Source: a virus (lineage: Duplodnaviria; Caudoviricetes). From it: 34,015 nucleotides of DNA. Each line of letters opens with the position of its first letter. Positions within the stretch are counted from its first letter, which is position 1. The stretch spans positions 1 through 34,015 of the IMG/VR virus record IMGVR_UViG_3300025387_000007. One strand, 5' to 3'. Shown here in pieces: positions 16,745 to 25,034 of this stretch. Below the pieces are notes generated by a model. That model was not told where the DNA came from. It did no database searches and saw nothing but the letters and a program-made list of their open reading frames with translations. The translations under genes and the position numbers were made by a program.

Positions 16745-17845
16745 ATGGCGCGTACACCTGGACCTTGGTACAGAAAGAGCCGTCGGGAATGGCGGGTCGA
16801 AATCGGGGGCGTTCAGCATTTGTTGCACAAGGGCGGCCCGGAAGATCGCGAGATAGCCCAAGAAGAGTTTCATAGGTTGATGGTGGAGCTGAATGAAGAG
16901 AAGAGAGCCCAGGAGAAAGCCGCAGCCACGCCGCCTGTTGTCGGGGCTGTTGCTTTGCGTTACCTGGATCTCTTGGAGCGTCGGCTCAATGATGGCGAGC
17001 TTACCGAGTCGCACTATTACTCGACAGTCTACATGGTCAAGCGGTTCGTGAAGGTGCTGGGCAATTGGCAGTTCAATGAAGTTCAAGCCGAAGACATTCT
17101 TGAGTGGCTCAACAAGGGCGGGAAAAAAGCACCCTGGAACGCGACAACGCGCAGGCTCGCGGTTGGTGTGATTCGCGGCCTTTGGCGATTCGCCAGCTCG
17201 GTGAAGATTCCCGCCGGCAATCCTTTTGAAGCCCTCAAGCTGGCCCCGGCCAAACGGCGTGAGGCTATCCCCACCCGTGAGCAGTTTGATGAGCTGCTTG
17301 GAGAGCTTGAGTTTGCCGAGGCGCGGGAAGTGCTGCGGTTTGTGGCTGCGGTCGGGTGCCGGCCTGGGGAGGCGTTCAAACTGGAAGCGTCAATGATTGA
17401 TTGGGATCGATCGGTCGCCGTCATGCACAGCAAGACCACCAACAAAACAGGCAAGCTCAGGGTGCTTTACCTGCCAGCCGAATGGATGCCCAGGCTAAAG
17501 GATCTGGCCCAACGACACCCCGAAGGGCCGATCTTTAGGGCGCCTCATGGTGGCATGTGGTCGCGTGACCTGATTAGCTACCACATTCGCAAAGTGGCCA
17601 AAAACCAGAACTGGCCCTGGGCGACCACGTATGCCCTTCGCCATTTATTTGTTACTGAAGCTTTGCGTGCCCAGGTGCCGATTGCCCACGTTGCCGCCCT
17701 GGTCGGACACACATCAACCGAGATGATATCCAAACACTATTCCCATTTAACGCGACATGACGAAGACTTGCATGCAGCTTTGCAGCAAGCCCTCGCCACG
17801 CGCGAAGATCGAAAAGCGATCCGGCAGGCCAGAAAGAAAGGCTAG
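16745..17845 (+). CDS. int: Tyrosine integrase (366 aa from MARTPGPW)
   Basis: GCRPGE (Arg), SKT (Lys), YALRH (H-x-x-R variant), VGH, KHY (Tyr); N-terminal arm-binding region. Confidence 0.95.
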   Translation: MARTPGPWYRKSRREWRVEIGGVQHLLHKGGPEDREIAQEEFHRLMVELNEEKRAQEKAAATPPVVGAVALRYLDLLERRLNDGELTESHYYSTVYMVKRFVKVLGNWQFNEVQAEDILEWLNKGGKKAPWNATTRRLAVGVIRGLWRFASSVKIPAGNPFEALKLAPAKRREAIPTREQFDELLGELEFAEAREVLRFVAAVGCRPGEAFKLEASMIDWDRSVAVMHSKTTNKTGKLRVLYLPAEWMPRLKDLAQRHPEGPIFRAPHGGMWSRDLISYHIRKVAKNQNWPWATTYALRHLFVTEALRAQVPIAHVAALVGHTSTEMISKHYSHLTRHDEDLHAALQQALATREDRKAIRQARKKG

Positions 17846-18108
17846 AGGTTGCCGTACTTCCGTTGAATCTCGGCTTCCCACGGTGGAATGATCGCGGCCG
17901 GTTGCGTTCGTTTTGGCTGACGGCGTACCGGCTGCGGTTTTTGTTTTCTTCGTGATGCGACCCAGGCTTCCAGGTCTTCTTGCCGAATCTTCCAACCTGC
18001 GATTTTGCTGGCATCCAACTCATGTCTATCAATTGCCCGTCGAATCGTGGCGTTTGAGCAATCACAACGAAAAGCCGCTTCCTTGATGCTCAGCAGGTTT
18101 CCGATCAT
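17842..18108 (-). CDS. xis: Excisionase-like HTH_17 protein
   Basis: LLSIKEAAFRCDCSNATIRRAI...L.ASKIAGWKIRQEDLEAW; convergent with int. Confidence 0.8.
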   Translation of the reverse strand: MIGNLLSIKEAAFRCDCSNATIRRAIDRHELDASKIAGWKIRQEDLEAWVASRRKQKPQPVRRQPKRTQPAAIIPPWEAEIQRKYGNL

Positions 18109-18395
18109 GCTGCCACCCTCTGCCTTGTTAAATGCCAGCACTTGCAGAACGGGCACTTGTATGGACGCATCACGAAAGGCGAGACTTTGCGGAGCAAGAG
18201 CCGCTTGGCATCGCGCTTGGCCTCAGACTTGGAACGGTAAACGATTTTCCAGCATTTCACGGGTATTCCTTGTAATTGTCGCGTGCGCTCATGTTTGGCA
18301 CGAAGTTGTTCCACCTCACACACAAAATCACATCGCTCACAATCGGGGTTAGGTTCGCGCGGGGGTAAACAACCGCAGATGCAACCTTCACGCAT
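18105..18395 (-). CDS. Hypothetical Zn-finger protein
   Basis: CICGC..CERC; YRSKSEA; RPYKCPFCKCWHLT. Confidence 0.7.
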   Translation of the reverse strand: MREGCICGCLPPREPNPDCERCDFVCEVEQLRAKHERTRQLQGIPVKCWKIVYRSKSEAKRDAKRLLLRKVSPFVMRPYKCPFCKCWHLTRQRVAA

Positions 18396-18443
18396 CGTCT
18401 CGCTCCTTGTGGGGCGTTCGTCCCGCCCCAGCGTTTGCTGGTG

Positions 18444-18911
18444 TTATTGGTGGGGGTTGAGGCTGAACACAGCACTGCCATCATCATCGGCATCAAGCCG
18501 CCATGTGCCGGTGCCAGCCACCTTGGACCACGCACCGGTGGTGCTGGTGGTGCTGGCGATCGTGTAGTTTCCCGCCTCTTCGTTGGCGAGCGACAGGCCG
18601 GATGCGGTGATGCTGTTGCCCTGGCCGTCGTCAATAGTCATCGTAAAGGACTGGTCATCGCTGATCGTGATCGTGATCGTAGCCTGCACTTGCTGGCCCC
18701 CGATCTTGACCAAGCCGGTGCCGGTGTACGTGTTGCTGGTGTCCTCGATGCCGTTGGTGGTGGCAGCGCCCACGGCTTCCAGCGTCACTTGCCCGCCGAT
18801 GATGGACCCGGTGTGCATGTTCCGGGAAAGTTGGTGCGGCAACGCGATGGCGGTGGTGAGCATTTCGCGGGGTTCAAGGCCGATAACGGAAGGGCGAAAA
18901 GAACGACGCAT
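18444..18911 (-). CDS. Beta-rich protein with a planctomycete LEPR-XLL-type N-terminal motif
   Basis: MRRSFRPSVIGLEPREMLT followed by a Thr/Gly-rich beta domain. Confidence 0.75.
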   Translation of the reverse strand: MRRSFRPSVIGLEPREMLTTAIALPHQLSRNMHTGSIIGGQVTLEAVGAATTNGIEDTSNTYTGTGLVKIGGQQVQATITITISDDQSFTMTIDDGQGNSITASGLSLANEEAGNYTIASTTSTTGAWSKVAGTGTWRLDADDDGSAVFSLNPHQ

Positions 18912-19107
18912 GGTTAGCTTTCTAAGCTAAGGGGAAAACGGACGTTAGACGGAAGTACCGAGCCAACAGCCTTGGCGTTGGTTCAGGGGTTTGCGGGGTG
19001 GCTTAGCCTCTTTGGCCGCCTCGACAACACGCACAACAATCGGGTCGTGCCTGCGTTTGACTGCGGCCTTGTACTCGGCTCGCCAGCGGGCAAATTGTTG
19101 GGCTTGC

Positions 19108-19461
19108 TCATGCTGCCCTCCAGTGATCGTGAATCAGGGCCACGTCAAACCGTTTGCCCTTGCTGGTGGCGCAGTAAATCGGCCACGGGTACAAGTCCGC
19201 CGCAATCTTGGTCTTTGCTTTGGCCTCGTCAGTCCAGTAGCCCTTCACTTCATGCAGTTCGAGCGAGCCATCCGCAAGCTGTATCAGGAAGTCAGGGCGG
19301 TAATACGTGTTGGGTGCAAGTCGCAGACTAAAGGGCTCGTACCAGATGCCGATCACTTCGCCCGCCGCTTTGCGAAGCATTAGCAGGTCGTGGTAACGCT
19401 GCTCGGTCGCATTCATCACGCCAGTCTTGGGCCTGGCACACGCTTTGGGGAATTTCACCAC
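19108..19461 (-). CDS. PD-(D/E)XK endonuclease (DUF1064-like, putative resolvase)
   Basis: MNATEQRY...YRPDF...ELHEVKG. Confidence 0.8.
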   Translation of the reverse strand: MVKFPKACARPKTGVMNATEQRYHDLLMLRKAAGEVIGIWYEPFSLRLAPNTYYRPDFLIQLADGSLELHEVKGYWTDEAKAKTKIAADLYPWPIYCATSKGKRFDVALIHDHWRAA

Positions 19462-20105
19462 TTCACCTCTGGCATGTCGCCCCTAACGGCCAGCACTTCA
19501 CGCATTGTCTTTACGCTGCAAGCCATGCCTTTCTTCCAGATCTTGTAACTAACCCTCGCGGGTGCTTTGCCGTTTCCGTTCAGAAATGCTTGAATGCGTT
19601 TCTGCTGCGATCTGTTCAAGTGCTGCATCGCATTGACGGTCTGACGAAGCTGATTGGTTTTTTCTTCCGCGTTTTCAAGGATGTCGTTGGGTTCGGCAAA
19701 CATCTTGTCAATGTCATTTAGCGTGCCGCCTGCCGCGCGTTTCCCTCGTACTGCGTTTGCCTGTGACCAACTGTCCGTACTGGTTTTGCAAACGTAGGGA
19801 ACGCGAATTGTTCCCAGTTCACTTCTCAGGAAGGACCGCACTTGGCGAATAATCCAAAATGTGGCGAACGTGGTAAACTGGCTTTGCGTTGGATCGTAAG
19901 TTTGCAGGGCACGCAAAATGCCCAGTCTAGCCTCTTGCAAAACGTCGTCGTTTAACGGGTCACGATGAGCTAAACCCATTCGTACAGCATTTCGTTTAGC
20001 AATGGCACGAATTAAGCCTTCATTTGCAGTTATCAATTCATTCCCTGATTCCCGATCGCCCGCTTTATAGCAAGCGATCAGGGCCGCGTTTCGTTCCTGA
20101 TTCAT
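19455..20105 (-). CDS. Phage sigma70-family factor (clear region 2, poorly conserved region 4)
   Basis: LITANEGLIRAIAKR..DDVLQEARLGILRALQTYDP..QFTTFATFWI..QV. Confidence 0.85.
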   Translation of the reverse strand: MNQERNAALIACYKAGDRESGNELITANEGLIRAIAKRNAVRMGLAHRDPLNDDVLQEARLGILRALQTYDPTQSQFTTFATFWIIRQVRSFLRSELGTIRVPYVCKTSTDSWSQANAVRGKRAAGGTLNDIDKMFAEPNDILENAEEKTNQLRQTVNAMQHLNRSQQKRIQAFLNGNGKAPARVSYKIWKKGMACSVKTMREVLAVRGDMPEVKW

Positions 20106-20296
20106 TATTGCCCACCCCCGTTCAGCCGCTTGGTGTTCCTGATGATGGCCTCGTACACCTCGCGGCGGTGAACGCCCACGCTGTCCGGTGCCGTGATCCC
20201 CAGACGTACCTTGTTGTGCCCGATCTCGATAACCTCAATCACGATGTCCTCGTTAATTACGATCTCTTCGCCGGGGTGTCTGCTCAGTACCAGCAT
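20105..20296 (-). CDS. csrA: Carbon storage regulator CsrA/RsmA (63 aa)
   Basis: MLVLSRHPGEEIVINEDIVIEVIEIGHNKVRLGITAPDSVGVHRREVYEAI; true start at 20296 within ORF 20105..20527. Confidence 0.95.
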   Translation of the reverse strand: MLVLSRHPGEEIVINEDIVIEVIEIGHNKVRLGITAPDSVGVHRREVYEAIIRNTKRLNGGGQ

Positions 20297-20483
20297 TGTG
20301 TGTCCGTTCGTGCTGTGTGTTGCGTGCTTCGATGTTGTTGAGTGTAGCTTTGAAGGCCAGTGCTTCGGCCTTGTCTCGTGACAGGCCACCATCAAATTCA
20401 TGGATGGCGGCCCGCTCCTCAAATGTTTCGCGGTCGCCCGGCCCCCAGTGCTTGACCAGGCGGGCGAAGATGTCACTTGGCAT
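20253..20483 (-). CDS. Hypothetical protein of the 'EERAAI.E.DGGL.R..AE' type
   Basis: FEERAAIHEFDGGLSRDKAEALA, a motif common in phage replication regions. Confidence 0.7.
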   Translation of the reverse strand: MPSDIFARLVKHWGPGDRETFEERAAIHEFDGGLSRDKAEALAFKATLNNIEARNTQHERTHNAGTEQTPRRRDRN

Positions 20484-20883
20484 CGGCTACACGCCAAGTG
20501 GTTTGCGTGGTGCCCTTGACGGTGCAAGTTCGGGAGGCGGTTTGCTTCACGTCTTCCATGTGCAACAGATCGGTGAGCCTCCGCCGCACCTCCTGCATCT
20601 CAGCGAGCAGGGCTTTTTCTTCCGGTGTCGCCAGTGACCAGAGTTCACACGCGGTTTTGGCGGGGTGCCTGATTACCAGGCCCAGCACCAGCACCCGGTG
20701 CCGGTCTCGCTTGCCGCTGGCACGGTGGTGCTCGTCGGCCTGGTGCGAGGCAACAGGATCGGATGTGTGCGTGGTGGGCACGTTGCGCCCGTGTTGGGCG
20801 TGGGGTGGTGTATCAAGTGCAAATAGGCTGAGTTGCATGTTGTGCCTCGGTGTGTGTGGTTGTAATGCGGAATCTTCAGTCAA
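20473..20883 (-). CDS. Winged-HTH-like DNA-binding protein
   Basis: SDPVASHQA...TACEL...VRRRLTDL...RTCTVKG...W. Confidence 0.65.
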   Translation of the reverse strand: MTEDSALQPHTPRHNMQLSLFALDTPPHAQHGRNVPTTHTSDPVASHQADEHHRASGKRDRHRVLVLGLVIRHPAKTACELWSLATPEEKALLAEMQEVRRRLTDLLHMEDVKQTASRTCTVKGTTQTTWRVADAK

Positions 20884-21277
20884 AGCTATTCACTCTCTGC
20901 CAGATGGCGTAATACTGCGACTCGGGCAGAAGTTGCTTCGCGGCCAAAATAAAACGCCTTTCGCGGGTCTCAGCTCTTGCGGCCAGCTTTGCCCTTTTGT
21001 CAGCGCCCAGTTCCCTTTGAAGTTGCAGAATCCTCTGGTTAATCCATTTCAAACGACTTGCATTGTGCACCTTGGCGTCACTTGCACGCCTAAACAACAC
21101 AGAGTCGGCATACTGGCCGCCACGGTAAACAGAGCTTCTGGCGGATGAGAGTTGGCGTTCAATTTCAGCCACGCATTGCGTTAACTCGATTTTTTCTTCC
21201 TCTAGTACTGTCAATTCTTCCTGTGGCGTTGCAAAAGCCTGATCCTCAGTCTCTAACTCTTGTGCTTCGCGGCTCAT
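20876..21277 (-). CDS. Hypothetical coiled-coil protein
   Basis: 133 aa; GAGGA RBS; heptad pattern. Confidence 0.65.
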   Translation of the reverse strand: MSREAQELETEDQAFATPQEELTVLEEEKIELTQCVAEIERQLSSARSSVYRGGQYADSVLFRRASDAKVHNASRLKWINQRILQLQRELGADKRAKLAARAETRERRFILAAKQLLPESQYYAIWQRVNSFD

Positions 21278-21314
21278 CTCTCATTGTTCCTCGTTGCGTG
21301 TGTGTAAATGCGTG

Positions 21315-21980
21315 TCAGTTGGTTGACGGGGAGGCGTCGGCTAACGCCCGGAACAACTTGGGCCGTGGTGGCACATGCTCCACGGGCAGTTTGCTTCGCT
21401 TGGCGATGGCCTCACGCCATGCCGCAAACGAGCCCCACTTGCTGTCTTCCACGGGTGCCCCGATTAGCTCGGAATGCCGAATCTTTACTTCGGCCTGGTA
21501 GAGAGCCAGGTCTAACCAGGGTGGCTTGCTGTGCTTGCTCAAGAGCCATCGCCCGTGCTGGCAGACGCAAGCCATCACTGCTTCGGGCTTCTGAATTTGA
21601 ATGCCGGTTGGCGTGACAATTGCGAATGACTCGCGGTCCCGCCTCACGACCACGGCAAGGCCGGAGCCGCTGCACCAGTCGCACCCCTGGCTGGCCAGAA
21701 TCACATCCTCACGGCTGAGCATGCTGGCGTTGCCAGTCTCCAGCCGGATGCTCTTCAGGATCGCCAGGAACGCCTTTAGCTGGCCGTCAAGATACGGATG
21801 ACGCTCAAGGGCCATCTGATCGCTGGCAGCGTTGCAGGCAGGCTGAGAGGCTTTGGCCGCAATAAGCGACCGGAACCATGGGTTCCAATACTCAGACTCC
21901 AAGGCTGGCCAATCATGGCGATGGACCACCTCAATGTGCCGCCGCTTCCAGACGGCAAACCACTCTTTCACAAGACTCAT
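21315..21980 (-). CDS. Replication-associated protein (possible helicase loader) with a CxxCxGxG...CxC Zn motif
   Basis: ATGA-coupled to the initiator; CDWCSGSG, CVC. Confidence 0.55.
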   Translation of the reverse strand: MSLVKEWFAVWKRRHIEVVHRHDWPALESEYWNPWFRSLIAAKASQPACNAASDQMALERHPYLDGQLKAFLAILKSIRLETGNASMLSREDVILASQGCDWCSGSGLAVVVRRDRESFAIVTPTGIQIQKPEAVMACVCQHGRWLLSKHSKPPWLDLALYQAEVKIRHSELIGAPVEDSKWGSFAAWREAIAKRSKLPVEHVPPRPKLFRALADASPSTN

Positions 21981-22825
21981 CCCGATCTCCCCAGTTGTGC
22001 GAGAATTTGCCGCTCCATAACCTCAAGCCGTGCTTTCTCTGCTTCCTCCTCCTCGGGTGTGGGAGGCGGTGCTTTTCCCTTGGTGTGCGTGGTTGGTTTG
22101 GCCACCGGTGGAATACCGCCCGGCCAGGACTCGATAATCTTGGCCGCGTAGTTCCAGGGCTTGTTCGGCAGCCGATCCAGTGCAGCCACAATCCCCCAGG
22201 CCGCCCGCCATGCGTCTACCGTGTGTGTGCCTGATCGGACCCTCTGGGCAGCCTGGCTACCCCAGGAGCCGCCCGTGACCTGGTCGATGTAGAGAGAGAG
22301 CTGGCGAATTTCTTCGGGGTCGGTCTCTCTCGCTTTTTCCGAGAGTGAGAGATCCGATAGGATCTCGAACTCTTCTGATCTGATCTGATCTTTATCTGAT
22401 CTGATCTGATCTAAACCGTTACCGTAACGTTTCGGTAACGTTTCAGTAACGTTACATGCCGTTACATCCTCTGGTGGCGTAACATTACATGGTTGTTTCG
22501 TTGCCTTCTTGGATGTCCGATGCCTGCGGACCCGCTCGGCTGAACTGTCGGAGTTGGGTTGCCAATGCTCCCAATCGTGGACCTTGTACCCGTTCCCGAT
22601 GTCATCAACCAGCTTTTCCGAGATCAGGTTGACCATGTGGCCGCCAAGTTCCACCTCGGTCATGCGGAGCCAGAAAGCAAGGGTTTTGAATGGGGGCAAG
22701 ATGCCCCCGCAGTCGTAACGGGTGGCCGAGCAAAGGATGAGCACCCAGGATCGAAAGGTAGCTGGGGGCAATCCGTGCACCTTCGGCGAATCCAGAACGG
22801 CTTCCCAGAGTCTCAACCACTGCAC
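21977..22825 (-). CDS. Replication initiator / replisome organiser
   Basis: WLRLW...SPKV..L; VHDWEHWQ..SSAERVRRHR; central low-complexity region encoded by iterons. Confidence 0.85.
   Translation of the reverse strand: MQWLRLWEAVLDSPKVHGLPPATFRSWVLILCSATRYDCGGILPPFKTLAFWLRMTEVELGGHMVNLISEKLVDDIGNGYKVHDWEHWQPNSDSSAERVRRHRTSKKATKQPCNVTPPEDVTACNVTETLPKRYGNGLDQIRSDKDQIRSEEFEILSDLSLSEKARETDPEEIRQLSLYIDQVTGGSWGSQAAQRVRSGTHTVDAWRAAWGIVAALDRLPNKPWNYAAKIIESWPGGIPPVAKPTTHTKGKAPPPTPEEEEAEKARLEVMERQILAQLGRSG
22374..22489. repeat. Iterons, candidate replication origin inside the initiator gene
   Basis: TCTGATCTGATCTGATCT x2 (22374, 22395); GTAACGTT(T/A)C(G/A) x3 at 11-bp period (22424-22456) plus GTAACATTACA (22479). 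Confidence 0.75.
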
Positions 22826-22837
22826 GGGCTTTACCTC

Positions 22838-23641
22838 TCACTCAAAGTCAGGGTCGGCGTCTTCGTCGGTGGTCGCAGTGCTACTGGCTTGCCGACGCCT
22901 CAAGGCTGCACAGGCCGCACCAGTAGCAGCCTTGAGGCGTCGGCAAGCCAGGCGGAAACCGCCCTCGGCTGACTGCCACAATTCAGGGTGTGCCAGTGCC
23001 AGCTCGTGAACCGTGGCCTCGCTGGCGTCCATGTTCTCCGCGGCCCAGAGTTCCAACGCCAATTCCAGGTCGCTGGGGGATAGCCCCAGGTTGTGGGCAG
23101 CATTGGCCAGCCATTCGGCGTAGCGAGCTTCCATGCTTTTCTGCTGGCGTGTGGGTGCTGCGATTGCCTTGGTTGTGGTGGGCGTAACCTCGATGTCTTC
23201 GCCCTGGTCCCACATCTCTTCACGGGCACACAGGCTCACGTCAAACGCTCGCCTCAATGCCATCACCTCAGCACACTTGACTGCCATTTCCCGGCCATAG
23301 AGCTTGTTACTGCCACCGATTGGATACCGGCCCACGTAAGTAAATGGGTGGGTCATATCCTTGCGGTACACGCTCACCGTGGCCGTGTAGTGCGTGGCGT
23401 CTTTGCCTTGCGCCTGTACCACAATGCCATCGAGCTTGCCGGATCGGTGGGCGACCGAGAGCAGGCCGTCGCGGGTCACGTAGATCGAGCCCTGGATCAG
23501 CACGACGTGCTTCAACAGCGGGTCGAAACCGTATTTTTGGCACACCAACACAGCGGCTTGTGCCTTGGGGTCTCGGTCGTTAATCCCAATGGCTTTTAGA
23601 ATCTCAGAACTATAGGTTTGGTCAATCGTTGCAAGGCTCAT
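22838..23641 (-). CDS. Bet/RecT-like single-strand annealing protein
   Basis: CQKYGFDPLLKHV, YVTRDGLLSVAHRSGKLDG, ATVSVYRKD, MAVKCAEVMALRRAF. Confidence 0.85.
   Translation of the reverse strand: MSLATIDQTYSSEILKAIGINDRDPKAQAAVLVCQKYGFDPLLKHVVLIQGSIYVTRDGLLSVAHRSGKLDGIVVQAQGKDATHYTATVSVYRKDMTHPFTYVGRYPIGGSNKLYGREMAVKCAEVMALRRAFDVSLCAREEMWDQGEDIEVTPTTTKAIAAPTRQQKSMEARYAEWLANAAHNLGLSPSDLELALELWAAENMDASEATVHELALAHPELWQSAEGGFRLACRRLKAATGAACAALRRRQASSTATTDEDADPDFE
22884..22951. repeat. Perfect 26-bp inverted repeat with a 16-nt loop
   Basis: CTGGCTTGCCGACGCCTCAAGGCTGC (22884-22909) / GCAGCCTTGAGGCGTCGGCAAGCCAG (22926-22951). Confidence 0.95.
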
Positions 23642-23661
23642 CTCTTGCTCCGTGCGGGATG

Positions 23662-23943
23662 TCAGTAAGGAAGGGGGTCAACCTTGGGGCGGTAGATTTT
23701 TTCGCCAATTGCCCATGCTGGAATCGGGTCGTTTTGATAGACGGGCAGCACCAACCAGTGCCAGTGCTGCCGCACAATCCGATTGCCGATAAATGGTCCA
23801 CGGGGATTTTCGGTTTTAGGTTTCACCGCCTGTGGTTTTGGCATCGGCGCGGTAAGCCGCATCTCGCCTATGCCACCACACACACGGCAGCGACCGCCGT
23901 ATACGTCATCTTCACCGCTGCCCACGCAATCACGGCAGATCAT
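23662..23943 (-). CDS. Small protein with a pair of DnaJ-like CxxCxGxG motifs
   Basis: MICRDCVGSG...CRVCGGIG. Confidence 0.6.
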   Translation of the reverse strand: MICRDCVGSGEDDVYGGRCRVCGGIGEMRLTAPMPKPQAVKPKTENPRGPFIGNRIVRQHWHWLVLPVYQNDPIPAWAIGEKIYRPKVDPLPY

Positions 23944-24124
23944 CGCGTTTCCACTCCCGCCCGCTGAAGGGGTGCAGTGTGTCCAGGTCGTACGTGATCG
24001 TGTCGTCGTCGTCACCGTCGCGGATGTCGCAGAAAATCGAGTAAGCCATAGCGATTAATGCGACCAACAACACGCCAAGCAACAACGGAATCAGCTCGAA
24101 AGCTATGGGATCATGTGGTTCCAT
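23930..24124 (-). CDS. Small single-pass membrane protein (64 aa)
   Basis: LIPLLLGVLLVALIAMAYSIF then an acidic tail; TGATG overlap. Confidence 0.6.
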   Translation of the reverse strand: MEPHDPIAFELIPLLLGVLLVALIAMAYSIFCDIRDGDDDDTITYDLDTLHPFSGREWKRDDLP

Positions 24125-24441
24125 CAGCTCACCGCCTGTGTTGAGCAATGGTAGCAAGTGGCGTCCTCGATGGCGGGAATCACAGCCCCGCAAGTGTTGC
24201 AGTGGGTAGGCTCATCGTCTCGCCATTCATCGAATGAGCCCAAACCAAGGGGCGGTTCAAGCGTTTCAAACGTGGCAATCAGTTCACGCTGTGTGCGTTC
24301 CAGTCGCAGCACAAAACCACAACCCGGTACGGGAACCAAGAGCGTGCGAACGGTGCCCTTGCCACCACGCCATAGATGGTAAAGGTCAATAACGAGTTGT
24401 TCGGTTGTTACCTTCACTTCGTGTGCTCCCTCGGCGCGCAC
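24124..24441 (-). CDS. Hypothetical protein with a C-terminal Zn ribbon
   Basis: CNTC...CYHC. Confidence 0.55.
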   Translation of the reverse strand: MRAEGAHEVKVTTEQLVIDLYHLWRGGKGTVRTLLVPVPGCGFVLRLERTQRELIATFETLEPPLGLGSFDEWRDDEPTHCNTCGAVIPAIEDATCYHCSTQAVS

Positions 24442-24515
24442 CTTTTACGGCACGCTTAAACGCGTGTTAATTAACGTAATCATTAGCTTGTGTTACAGGG
24501 TGCCCGTCCTATGAT

Positions 24516-24701
24516 TCAACTGGTGCAAGCCTGCGCCTTTGGCTTGGCAAGACCGGACTCGACAAATCGCACAACTAGATAGCTCAGCGAACGGTCTTCC
24601 TCGTCTGCTTTCTGCACGAGCGACTGGTACACAGGTGTTGGCAAGCCAATCGTGATCCTGTGCAGTCGCTCGCCATCTTTCGGAATCACTCGTTTGGCCA
24701 C
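24516..24701 (-). CDS. Ribbon-helix-helix (Arc/CopG-like) regulator
   Basis: RITIGLPTPVYQSLVQKADEEDRSLSYLVVRFVESGL. Confidence 0.8.
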   Translation of the reverse strand: MAKRVIPKDGERLHRITIGLPTPVYQSLVQKADEEDRSLSYLVVRFVESGLAKPKAQACTS

Positions 24702-24889
24702 GTGTAATGAACCCTCCCAAATGCCATGAGCTGATAAGCGATGAGCTGCTGCCCCCTGGGGTAGCGGCGAGAGATGCGGAGCAGGCCAGCCCGAATCGTC
24801 CGACGTGCGTCACGGCCACGGCAGGAAATGGACTGTTCCATCAACCACCGGAACTCGATCAGGTCTTTCGGGTTAATCGTGACTTCCAT
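24686..24889 (-). CDS. Hypothetical first early gene (cro position)
   Basis: GGGAG RBS; directly downstream of the leftward promoter; no clear HTH. Confidence 0.5.
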   Translation of the reverse strand: MEVTINPKDLIEFRWLMEQSISCRGRDARRTIRAGLLRISRRYPRGQQLIAYQLMAFGRVHYTWPNE

Positions 24890-24932
24890 CGCTTCGCATC
24901 TCCCGGTGATGTCGTCCGCATCACTGAGAACA

Positions 24933-24976
24933 AGGATAGCCGCTTTTTCCGTCTCGTCAACGCTTTTTCCGTTGAT
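24933..24976 (-). promoter_or_regulatory. Early leftward sigma70-type promoter with operator-like repeats
   Basis: TTGACG (24960-24955), 16 nt, TATCCT (24938-24933); CGCTTTTTCCGT x2 at 24941 and 24961 flanking the -35. Confidence 0.65.
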
Positions 24977-25034
24977 TTAAAGGATTAGTCGTATGTTGTT
25001 GACTTGCAACGGCTTACAATGCGATTATTTTGTA

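Noticed and set aside
18945-19111. Small ORFs between the DUF1064-like and LEPR-XLL genes
   Set aside because: The ATG frame gives an unconvincing ~42-aa peptide and the more protein-like frame has no start codon
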